This document shows positions 32,540-53,503 of a stretch of DNA of 64,000 nt, in pieces. The DNA comes from Vitrella brassicaformis CCMP3155. Lineage: Eukaryota; Protista; Chromerida. The stretch lies in the NCBI GenBank assembly GCA_001179505.1, contig CDMY01000263.1:79829-143828 (forward strand), in the 5' to 3' direction. Below the pieces are notes generated by a model. It did not search any database and was not told where the DNA came from. It saw nothing but the letters and a program-made list of their open reading frames with translations. The position numbers and the translations under genes are program-made. Positions within the stretch are counted from its first letter, which is position 1; each line of letters begins with the position of its first letter.

Positions 32540-34401
32540 TCATGTAGCAACTTGGGAGGGCAAGACAGAATTGTAGTGCTCACCTGAAAGCGAAAAACAG
32601 ACCAACAGACAAAACAGAGACAACCGTGGCGGCGTGTGCACATCCATGTCCGTCCCTCCGTCCGGTTGTGTGTGTGCGTGTGTCTAATCTGTCTGCATGG
32701 AGTATGTCAGTACCCACCCACCCACCCAATGCGAATAGATGTCTGTGGTATGAGACCCTGAGGGGCTGTGTGCGGCCCCCGTCGATGAGGTCCTCCCCGT
32801 AGGTGATACTAGGCTTGTCGATGCCACAGTACACCCTGATAGGCAGCCGCATGGCCTCGCTCAGCGCTCGCAGCTCCAGGTCACCGCCCCAAGCAGCCGT
32901 CTCCGCCACCTCATCGCAGTAACGCTCGAAAGATGCTGCCATACAATGCAAACCACACCACACAGCCATTGTGATAAATGGACCGACGTATGCCGTGCGC
33001 TACGCTTATTTGTGGAGTACAGTACGTCTGCCGTTCCTTGCGACATACATGCATACATACATACCATCGTCGGTCAGATTGTCGTCCATAAAGGGCAGGA
33101 ATTCGTCCCTGTGCTTCCGGATGTAGTCTGCGGCCATCCGCCGGAGTTGCACGTGTGTGTAGGCCTGGTCTGCCCCCCCGCCCACCCCGATCCCCTCTCC
33201 GCCCGACACACTCCCCTGGTACAGCCGCAGCTGGTGCTCCAGGGCTCTGATATATGAACCAACCAAGAACAAGCACACACACACACATAAGGCAGGAAGG
33301 AAGACGATGAGAGGAGGGCTGGTCGAATACCTACCTACTTACCTGTAGAGGCAGTTTCCATCTGAGGGTATGTTGTGTATGGCAAGTGCCTCCATCTGCA
33401 GCTGCTTGACAATGGCATCCATCTCCAACGCACCTAAGTCGTCGCAACCTGCATAAAATCCATCCATCCATCCGTTGTGGACGGCAGACAGAGTGCTTAG
33501 TGTATTGACGGCAGGCAAGGCATGGCATGGCATGGTGGGGGTGAGCGAGGTAGGTAGGCAGGGGCGGCCACTCAGAGAGAAGATTAGCAAAGTGGTCTTC
33601 TCGTCAAGTAAGTGCGAGGCACACACCTTCAGGCTACACCAAACTGACTCTCATCCTCGGAGCCCTCCCCTCGCCCTCGCTCACGGCAGTCAGGTATCTA
33701 CCTGACTCCATGTCTGCCTGTCTGCCTGCCTGCCTGCCTGCCTGTCCGCCCGGTCTACCTCTCTGTCACTCTCGTCTCAGATATCCCGTTCTGAAGCTGG
33801 CTTGTCGCGTGAACCGTCCATCCACCCACCTGCGACGGATGCGAGTATTTCGTTCCTCTTATCCTGTTCCCGCTGCTGCTTCCTCTGCCTCTTCTTCTGT
33901 GCCTTGGAAATCTCCCCAGACCCATACACAAACTTCCCTTTCTCGCCATCAGTCCCTTCCGCTTCTGCAGCCGCCGACGGCTCATCCGACCCCATATCCC
34001 CCGCAACGGGGGTCGCTGCTGATGCCCCACATGTGGGGCTGTTCTTGTCGGTGTGGTTGGGCGGGTCCGGCACCCCATTGGACGGGTGGTGGGGGGGCTG
34101 TGAGGCGTTGGAGTTGAGCTCCTCAGCATGGCGCCTTAGCATCTGCGCTTCCAGCTCCCTATACGTGGCATCCACCTCTCGTTTCTCCGCCTTGCTCTTG
34201 AGCTTCGAAGTCTCACGCTTCTGCCTGTCACGCAACTCCTGCTCACATACGTACCACACATGGTGCACCCACAGGCAGAACTTGGTCGCCGTGCTGTCGA
34301 TCTGATGTCAGTCGTCAATGGCGGACCTTGAGCTCTCTCTTCTGCCTCTGGGTGGTCCTGCCCACATTCCTTGATGCTCCGTCATCGTCAGATGACGACA
34401 T
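32540..34401 (-). CDS. OTUD6: OTU-domain deubiquitinase, OTUD6B/Otu2-like
   Basis: N-terminal charged coiled coil (QRQKRELK...KISKAQKKRQRK). Catalytic IPSDGNCLYRA, LRRMAADYIRKHRDEFLPF, AAWGGDLELRALS and SYHRHLFALGEHYNSV. Confidence 0.93.
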
Positions 34402-34997
34402 GACATCAGCCTCGTGCCACTCGCCGCGGGACCAAAAGAATAAAGCCTACAGAGAAGTATGCGCCGTGTGTGCCTGCGTTGCGTGAAAGAGCGGAGGGAG
34501 GGTCTAAACCTCAGTCGATCGTAGGTCGATCCGGGGAAGGAGCCGCGTAGCTAGAAGCACGAGAGAAGCAGCGGGTGTGGGAGTGTCTGGCGGACATCGG
34601 CAAAGCACGGACGCATCTCGGACGCATCTCGGACGTGAATTTTCCATTCGGTGAGTTGCGCACACTGACGGATGTGTGCTTGTGCAGCATCTGGCCATCA
34701 TCAGTTGTCGTCTGCTTGTGTGCCTTGCAGCTCTGGATGGCCATGGCTGGAGGCCTGGACAGGACACTAGCGTCCTCTTGATCAGTTGCAGGTAGTGACA
34801 CACCGGCCAAGTGACCATTCGAGATGGCTGTGTGCACGGCAGGTGGCTGTCGGCTCTGTGAGTAATTCTGGTCCACCGCTAAGGTTGGTCGTCGGGTCGG
34901 CTGTTGTCGTCATCCATCCAGTCATTCATCTGGTTGACCATCAAGCGAGATGCGTCGGAGTTCGCGTCAGACTCGTGCTCGTTTTGCGTTGGAGGAC

Positions 34998-44276
<9,279 letters not shown>

Positions 44277-44493
44277 CAGCCAGGCAGGCGGGATGGATGT
44301 GGATGCAATTAACTAAGGTGATGCAACGAACAAGTCGGGACACGCTAGTGCGGCGTCTGTCTCTGTCTGTCCATCTTTATACATGGCTGGATGCTATGCA
44401 CGCGCATATGCATATCTATGATCGAGTAGACAGTGTGTACACGTGACATGACAATAATTTGTGAGATCCGTCGACGTCTCCCTGTGTAAATGC

Positions 44494-47400
44494 ATGCGAG
44501 AAATGGGGGCGTCTCACAGGGCGGTCGTGGAAGCGGCGATGGAGTTGGAGAGGGTAGCAGGGTGGAATGCGCGACCCCGGTGGCCGGTGGCAGCCGATCC
44601 ACGCAATGGCACAGCCTATGCCGTCGGCGTGTAAGTACTGACTGGACAGGGGATGTCATACATACACTCCCACCACGCATATGAGTGTGCATTAAATTTC
44701 GTTGCTTTATCTGTCTTCACGGCAGCGGCGCTGTCGTCGTGTACAGCTACAATGGCACCGAACAAGTGAGCTGACCAGAGAAAGACAAGGGTCACCATCT
44801 TTTTCTTTATTGGCTGCAGGTGTCGTACGAGGGTCACGATGACATGGTGTCTTGTCTTGCCTTCGCTCACGGCACCCATGACCCTGACAAGGCCTTGCTG
44901 GCCTCGGGGCAGGTCGGAGCCAATGCAGACGTCATCGTGTGGACTGTGGGCGCACCCGACAAGAGAGACGACCATCCGCCACTCAAATACAGATTCAGGT
45001 AGCGTGAGGGATCTGACGATGTGACTGGGGAGGAAGGAAGGCTTGGCACTTGTCAACAGAGAGATTCATGGACCGTCTGGCCACTACCGATGTATGTATG
45101 TATGTCAGTGAGCACGACGGCGGCATCCGTGATTTGTGTTGGAGTCACGATGACAAGGTGTTGATGACGCTGGGCGAGGATCAGCGGCTGTTCTTCTGGG
45201 ACATGCAGACCGGTGGCATCGTGTGCTGGCTGCCGGCCCCCCCATGCACCGCAGTGGTTGCCTCGTGCGGCATTTCTGTCAGGGACGTCAAGGGCAGGGT
45301 GCTGCCGGCCATGTACCAGTTTGCCGTGTGCGGGGGCAGGACTGTCGACTTCATCTCTCTCAAAAAACCTACCGGCGCTGCAGAGAGGTTCGACGTCGCC
45401 GGCTCCCAGAAACGGGAATGGCTCTCTCTGGTACGTGGATGGGATGGCCCACTGTCTAACCCGGGTAGAACAGGGAGGGGGGAGCAGATAGCGAGAAAGA
45501 GAGACCCTGTATATCATTCACGCCTTGATGAATGCAATTAAGCTGCCAATGCAATGCATGGGCTCCACACCCACGACCGGAGGAGCTCCTCCCTCGGGGC
45601 AGCCCAACCTGTGTTGTTTGTCAAACATGTGTGTAGGCGTTTGATGCGTCGGGAGAGTTGCTGTTTGCGGGTTCGCAGTCGGGAGACATCCATGTCGTTC
45701 TGGTCAAGACACGAGCCCTACTCTACTCAGTGTCCGTCTGCTCCAGGGGTACGGATGTGCGTACTTACGGAGGGGACAGAGAAATGCTCACCCAAATCGG
45801 CTTCACTTCAAACATACTCACTCCGTGCGTCTGTCTGTTTCTCTGCCATACATGACATGCATCCATCAGGTGTCCGCAGTCTGGTGGCTATGCCCACTGA
45901 CAAATTGCTGTGCGGGGGAGGAGACGGGTGAGTGGGGTCAGTGGGTGGATGGGCGGGTGGGTGGGGCAATGTCAGTCAATCATCGGGCCGGGCCGCAGAC
46001 AGCGGCTGGTCGACTCGACTGGCAGCATATATATAACCAATTGCTCCCTCTCTCACTCAGTCACCTACCTACCGTTCGTCTGTGTGCATTCATTCGTTCA
46101 TTGTTCGATGTTTTGATGTGATGTGTGTGTGTTGCAATGCATGTGCAGTTCGTTGACGATGCTGACGATAATGCCGGAGGACGTCCAGCTGAAGGAAGAG
46201 TCCCATATGATGGTCAGCGACACAGCGGCCGTCGTCCACATCGAGGGCAGGCAGGACCCAAGTCCCGGCCTCCAGGTGGTGCTGGTGGCATGCTCGGATG
46301 GCACCATATCCTCCCTATTACTGCCCGCATTCAGGCAGACAAGTAACTACCAGGCACACAGATGAAATGGACCACTTGGATGGCGTCGCGTCGTGTATTC
46401 ACTTCTGCAGTCGTATCTCATGCTTTGGGTGAGAGCAACGGCCGTGCGTGTGGTGTGACGGGCATGTGCTTCGGCGCCGAACCCGACAAGGTGTGGACAT
46501 CCGATGACGGCGGCCTCCTCACACTGTGGGAGCTGCCCACTTTTGAGAAGAAGATGATTATCCAGATGAGGGGGTCCGGCAAGAAGTCATCGTGCGCCAC
46601 CCTCAAGGCCGTGCCCCCGTTGCACAGCGGCAGGTCTGGCGTGCTGGATAGCGACAGCAGCGACTTGTACCCCACGGCCATCGCTGCTGCCCCCAACTCG
46701 TGTGTGGTGGCCTCTGGCTATAACGAAGGAACCGTCCGCATGTTTGACTGCCGGCCTGAGACCGTCGGGAGAAGGGAGCTGTGGCACCTGGATCGCATCA
46801 CCAACGGGGCCGTTGCCAGCATCGCTGTCGCCGCCAACAACAGATTCACGTGAGTCAGCCAGCCAAGGGGGCCAGCCAGGCCGGGCCGGGGGGCCGTGTG
46901 TGATGTGATTCGGTGGGTGGACATCTTTGTATGTTTGTTCATATGGGCGCGGTTGCAGGATGGCTGGTTCGTCTGACGGCACCATCAATGTCATCGAAAC
47001 CAAAACTAGGACTGTCATCAGCACACTGCGAGAACAACCGTACGTAAGCCACACATTGAGTGGAGTTATGTAGAGAAGCAGCCAGCAAGCGATGACGAGA
47101 GACAAGAGCCGACAAGACAAGACAAGATGTGTGTGTCTCTCGTGTCTTGTCTGTGTTTGTCAGGAAGTTGCGGTGTGCGGTGCTGTTCAATGGTGACAGC
47201 TGCGTGGCGTGTGTGGGTGGTGCTTCGCTGCTGGTGTATGATCTCCGCAGCGAGAGGAGGGTCGCCTCACATCACATGCGAGACGGTCCGTGGGGGAGGG
47301 AGGGAGGGACGAGAGGGAGGGTCGACCACAGCACACCCCTGGATGGGATGGGTGTCTGACGTACTGGCTGATTGTGCCATCCATCCATCCATCCATCCAT

Positions 47401-47874
47401 CGACGCAGGTAACTTCTGGTCGTGCTGTGCCAGGGACGGCCCCGAGAACCCCTTGATCGCAACCTCGTCGCAGGTCAATCAATATAGTAAACTAAACGCA
47501 CCCAGTGGGCATGAATTGAATCTTGTCTGGCTGTTATCGATTTCTCGTCCGTCCATTCCTTCGTCTGTCGGTCCGTCCTGCAGGGGGGTAAGTTAGAGGT
47601 GTTTGACATGCGGGACGGCTTGCGTCCCTGCCGAGAGTTCCAGTCGGCGAGTGAGACATACGCGGTGGACGTCTCGCCGTCCCGGGATCTCCTGTGCGGG
47701 GCGGCGGGGAGGGGGGAGGTCAACCTATGGAGCATCGCCTCAGGCGCCCTGCTCGAGACCAAGACACATGATTGCGCTGCTGATGTGGCCGGGCTGCAAT
47801 TCGCAGCCGACGGAAAACAAGCTGTCATGGCGGGCGGGGGGACCATAGCATGCTATAATGTCTTCGCTTCATAG
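44494..47874 (+). CDS. WD40-repeat protein, CFAP52/WDR16-like (axonemal inner junction family)
   Basis: MELERVAGWN N-terminus; YEGHDDMVSCLAF..LLASGQVGANADVIVW; EHDGGIRDLCWSHDDKVLMTLGEDQRLFFWDMQTGGIVC; further WD repeats to DVAGLQFAADGKQAVMAG. Confidence 0.8.
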
Positions 47875-47929
47875 ACCCGTGTGTAACCATCTAGCATGCT
47901 ATCAAAGCAGACACTCGCTGGAATCAAAC

Positions 47930-49563
47930 AATGACTGCCAATCATGGCAGAGTCGCAATGAGACGGGGGGGCACCTGGGGGCGCGAGACGGAGAGGGGCA
48001 CCCGCAAGCCCGCAGTGCAGCAAACCTGCTGAGGTTGAGGGGAGAATGATGTTTTCTGGAGGTTTGTCTTCGGGTGGGTCTCCTCGTGGTGTGTCTCGCG
48101 AGGACGACAGCACGCGTCGAGGTCTGGAGGAGAAGATGAGAGGCCTCATGGACGAACTCAAAGATATGCATAGGAAAAAGGAAGAGGTACTCACGCACCT
48201 GCATACCCACGGGCACGTTCCTCCGACGCCCGGCCCGGCAACCATCCACGCGCCGGATGCTCTCTGTCTCCCTCTCTGTCTGTCTGTCTGCCTGTCTTTG
48301 CAATGGGCCGCCAACGGCAGGCTGACAGGAATGCGCGCAACGTCCGTTCCGATTTGGACAGCTCCATCCAGAGATACAAGCGAGACATCCAACAGGGGGT
48401 AAACGGTGGGTGGAGACAAATCATGGTCTGTCTGTCTGTCCCTGTGTAGGGTGAGATTCAGAAGGCCGGTGCTTCGTTGGATCTCCAGATACATCAGGCC
48501 CTGCGCACCATGGACCAGCTGTACCAAGACTTCGACGCTGCATCGGTCAGAAAGCGAAATCTGTTCCGGTCGGCTGGCTGTGCACTGCATGCCTCGATTG
48601 ATTGCAGAAGGAGAACGCAGACCTGCAGTCACAGCTGGCGGGCCTCAAGTTACAGGTACGTACACACACACACACACTCAACTGGCGTCTGTCAGGCCTG
48701 TCGATCTGTTTTTCTGTCTGCATGGACCGGATGTGTTGATTCAGTTGAGGCAGGAGGCCGTCTTGTGTGTCCATCGTCAAGGCAAGCAGCTGGAGGGCGA
48801 GGTGGCCAACACCACAAACATGGTCAAGAGGCTGGAGGAGGACAACGCACTCGCACGGGGGGAACTCAAGGCCCTGTTAATGGAATTGAATGAGTCCCAG
48901 CGGAAGAAGCGATCGTTGCCACAGGAGCTGGAGGCCAGTTCATCTTTTCTATCGGGCCGCTTCACCTCCCTCGGTTCGACCATAGCCGACACTCGGCATA
49001 AGATCAAGGACAGGCGACAGGAGGTGGACGCCACCAGGGGGCGCATAGCACAACTCAAAGACACCCTCCGGAGACACGCCAAGGACCACCGGCGGGAGAT
49101 GCATCAGCAGGCTGCCCGGAGCAAGTGTCAGCAGAGACTGGAAGTCAGTGTGGCTCGCGAGGGTGAGCAGAACGCCAACCTGAGGGCGGCACTGGAGGCC
49201 TGCCGTGCTGACTTGGACAGGATCATGGCCGACGTCAACAAGGGCCTCGCGGCACCCGCAGCCACCTCTTCACCTCAGCATCAGCAGCAGCATGGCGGTG
49301 ATCGGGCCAAGCGTATGGGCCCGATCACGGCGAGGCTGATGCCAGCCAGTTGGCAGCCGCCTCAGATTCCTCGGCCTCCCTACCACGGCGTCAGGCTGCT
49401 GCCCCGTCCTCCACCGCCACTGGGTCTGTCGCAGACGTCAGTTGTCATGCCCCACACACCAGCACCAGCACCAGCAGCAGCAGCAGCAGCGATGTCCTAC
49501 TCGCAGAGCATGCCTTTTCTTCCCCCGCCCCCCGTGCCACTACACACTGCCATGCACCAGTAG
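47930..49563 (+). CDS. Hypothetical coiled-coil protein with Pro-rich tail (start uncertain)
   Basis: Heptad-like exons (LEEKMRGLMDELKDMHRKKEE; LEGEVANTTNMVKRLEEDNALARGELKALL...) and a long terminal ORF ending at 49563. Confidence 0.6.
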
Positions 49564-50302
49564 TACCGAGAGACACCCATGGTAGGGCCGGCCGGCCTTA
49601 TGCCCCGTTGATCGCATGGACAGCTTAGTGTGGTGCTTCATTGGTTCCTTAGAGGTGTGCGAGTGCAGTAGCTAGCCGTAGACTGACTGAATGACCATTT
49701 CATGGACCGACGGACGGATGCGGGCCGGTCGCGCGATCTATGCCGCTGGGCTGATGGATGGGTGGATGGATGGATGGGTTTTATCAGTGAATATATGGGT
49801 GTTTTGGCCGGGTATGGTGTGTTGGTTGATCCATTAATGAGTGAATGCATCAGGCAGGGCAGGCAACGAGCACATTCATTGATCCACATACCATACGCGC
49901 ACATGCCAGGGTCCGTCACTCATTCATTCGCTAAGCATCCATCCATCCATCCATGAATGAATGAATGAACGAATCAACCCACCTCATCTCATCTCATCTC
50001 ATATCATCCCCCCCTGTCCTTCCCAACCCAACATCACATACATGGGCATGGCATGTATGGTATGGTATGTATGTATGTATGGTGTGTATACATAGACAGA
50101 CAGACAGGATATGATATATATGTACAAACCAGGCAGGGTGGGGGTGGTGTGGGATGCTCATCTCCTTTCTCACTCCTTCACTCACCCCCCACCCGAGCAT
50201 ATCATATGCAGCTAGGTAGGTAACCTATCCGTATCTATCTGTCCGCTGGCAGCACTGCACTGCACCCATGTGTGTCTGTGGGTGGGTGTGTACTGAACTG
50301 GT

Positions 50303-51891
50303 CTAGCAGAGTAGGAATGGCAGGTCCACCAGCTGTTCCCCCGTCCCGAAGTAGCATCCCCCGAAGAAGCGCGTGCACGGCTTGTGATACGCTACGTAAC
50401 CTGACCAGGGAGGGAGGGAGAGAAAGAGGGACACACGGGCGGACAGATGAATGTGCGTCGGCTGGCTGGCCGGCTGACCTGGCCAGAGCAGGCTTCGGAT
50501 GGTGACCGTTTCGCACGAGGGGTCCGCACGCAACGTCCAGCTACCTGCGCACCGCACACACAAATGCACATCACATGCACACAATAGCGTCCACATAGAT
50601 AGATCTACACGTATGGATTGTTTCTGTGTGAGTGAGTCCGTCCATGCATTGTAGACCATACATACCGATGGGCAGGTCGTCCTCGACGCCCTCGAGGAAG
50701 TCCGAGTGGAACTGCACGTCATCGCGACTCAACGCTCGAAGTTTCGCAACTGAACACACCCACACACCCACACACACACTCGTGCAGATGAGATGGCTAA
50801 GTGGTAGTGAGAGTATGTGTGTTGTGTGGGTGCATTCATTCGTACATACCGTCGTGCGGGGGTCTGAAGTGCACCCATGACTCCAACTCCATCGCATCCT
50901 TGAACGACAAACCTGATTGATTCGATTGGTGCGGTGCACAGCACAGAAGGACACAGACAGAGGTGGATGGATGGACGGACGGACGGACGGACGGATAGAT
51001 GGATACACACGCGGACACACACAACACAACACACCACACCTCTCGCACCCACAGACTGATTCATCCCCCTCTCTCTTCCACCCATCTACGTATCAGGACG
51101 TCACGCTTCCGGGTACGGTACCTTTGAATGCGAAGTTGCCGATGATTTTGTGTGAGTCCAGGACGGCATGGCTGCCCTTGGGGACGACAGCCGTGGCGTT
51201 GTCGATCTGTCGCACGACGTGGCTGAGGCGGTGCACCTCCCGCACCTTCATGGGGGGCGGCGGGGCGCCCTCCTCGCCCTCCCCGCCCCCCTCCGCTGCT
51301 ACCTCTTCCTCCTCATCTGCATGGTGCACACACATACACACACATACACACACAACACACCGGGAGGGACAGATAGGCCGTGTGTGTGCGTATCATGTGT
51401 GTATGCATACCTCCAGGTTTTTTGCCCAGCAGTCGGTCCGGCGTGCCGAAGAAGGGCCCCCGCGCCTCAGCACTATCGATGAGCTTGGACACCTCACCAT
51501 CCACACCAGGCAACTCGGCAAAGTCGAAACTCGGACCACTGCGTACACACAAGGACAGACAGACAGACAAACACGACACCCACACACATGCCGTCCCGAG
51601 CACCCACGACGGCATCAGCCATCACTGCGTTGGTTCTATCTATGTATCTGACCTCCAGTAGAATTTCTTGGTGGGAAAGGCGGCGAGTCCCTCCTGCAGG
51701 GCGGCAGCGATGTAGTAGTCGTTGCCAGCGGTGAGGATCTTGCCCCAGAAGTACAGCTGGCGAAGGTTTTGCTGCTGCTGCAGCTTGACCAGGGCCACCT
51801 TCAGACAGGCCTTCTCGTGCACATTGAGGACGATGCCCACTCCATGGCTCGCCAGCTGGTCAAGGCCGTACTCAAACTCTGCTAACTCCAT
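50303..51891 (-). CDS. RSPH9: Radial spoke head protein 9
   Basis: LNVHEKACLKVALVKLQQQQNLRQLYFWGKILTAGNDYYIA; REVHRLSHVVRQIDNATAVVPKG; FKGLSFKDAMELESWVHFR; DFLEGVEDDLPIGSW; IRSLLWPGYVAYH..FFGGCYFGTGE. Confidence 0.93.
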
Positions 51892-52056
51892 CGTTACCAA
51901 CACCGGGAATACTGCGACTCTGCGAAATGCTACTCTCTCTGAATGCTGTCCAGTCAGAGGAGGGAGGGGCGGCTTTTCGCAGCGGTTTCAGGGAGCACCC
52001 TAGCGGCTTTTGCTCGCGAAGCGTTTACCACACGTGCAATGGGGCTATGGCGTTCG

Positions 52057-53395
52057 TCAATCAAGTGTAAGGTTGAGAGTCTTTCGTGCCAGGGACAACA
52101 CATCGTTTTCTACACTAGACAACTCACGATTGGTCCAAATAACAACATGAGGCAATGAGTGCAGCTCCTAACAAGGGCGAGATGCAGCATGGGATGCCGT
52201 TTATACCGGATACAATAGTCGTGTTTATTGTGTGCTGTGGTGTGCTGTGGTGTCTGCCCCCACCTTTAGCTTGGCTAGTCTCTCCTCATTGCTCATCTGA
52301 GAACTCAGCCTGACCGACCAACCAATACACATACATCACATCACATACATACACACCCCACTGCCCGCCCACCCACATCCCCTCCATTCATTCATTCGAT
52401 GGATGTTGCGGACGGACCTTTTGGTGGCGGCATCTTCGTCCAGTTTGTTCCTCTTCATGATCCTCTCTTTGGCGATGGCCTCATCCACCATTGTCACCCA
52501 CACCTCGTCCACCAACTCGTCCCTGCACCACCACAATACATTACAATACAACACAACACAACACAACACAATACACCACGCTCCGATTGATGACGTACGT
52601 ACCGATGGCCTTCTCTTCTCTCTCTCGGAACCCGTTGGTGCGTTCGTGAGTGCACCTCACGTCACGTCACGTACGTACCATGATGCTTCCAGCAGCACCG
52701 CAGCCTCAAGGATGATCAGCTGGCCTTGATCGCTCTGCAGCGGGGAGGCCTTGAGCTCGTCGATACGTTGTCGCGCTTTCTGCTTGATGATCGGCCACAC
52801 GATGTCTGAAGTACAACGTGACATACAAACACTCATTTGCAAACGGCCTGGCTGTCATGTCATCAGTACTTCACACATACATACCTGTGAGTGTTTTCAT
52901 TTTGGCCTCACTGCCGAACACCAAGGCGCCCAGCGCCCGCCTGTTGATGCCGCCGTCCTCTGCACGCACCTCGGAACCAAAGGCAGCAGCAATTTCATCG
53001 ACGGCAGCCTCCCCTGACAGACAGACAGACAGACAGTCCATCACAGGCAGCATTTCGCGCTGCATGGCTGAATGAGCAGTTCATTGTGCAGGGACGCACC
53101 AGGGGCGTACGCCGCATGGCCCAGCTGATCTGAAACCAACGCCAGCCGCAGAACCAAAACTCGCTCGTCTGCATGAGAGCATCCATGGTGTGCTGTCTTT
53201 GCAGCTGACCAGCATTGATGACGTCCACTCGAAAGGGCTGGCCCTCGAGGGCGGAACACACTGTGGTCTTGCCAGATCTGCCACACAGGAACACGATTCC
53301 ACTCATGTGCCAGATTTCCAGTGTTCTCTTTGTTGTCTCTCTTTCCTCGCTCACCCGATGCCTCCCCACAGACCAATCACCTTCCTCGTGCCCAT
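52057..53395 (-). CDS. coaE: Dephospho-CoA kinase (CoaE/DCAKD family)
   Basis: MGTRKVIGLWGGIGSGKTTV P-loop; INADQLGHAAY; INRRALGALVFG; DIVWPII; LEAAVLLEASW; DEVWV; RIMKRN; SQMSNEER. Confidence 0.92.
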
Positions 53396-53503
53396 TTGCA
53401 GCAGCGGTTTCAGGGAGCACCATTTGCTTTGCGCGAGCTAGACATGTGTTGCGATCGCGTTCTGCCGCTCTTCAATCTTCCTCCATCTCTTTGTCTGCAG
53501 AGG
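53396..53503. promoter_or_regulatory. Probable compact bidirectional promoter (DPCK / RTEL1)
   Basis: Only ~108 bp separates the divergent ATGs; the segment has no microsatellites. Confidence 0.6.

Noticed and set aside
51892-51910. X-box-like half site (GTTGGTAAC) upstream of RSPH9
   Set aside because: Only a partial match, immediately next to the ATG, and not found upstream of the CFAP52-like gene.
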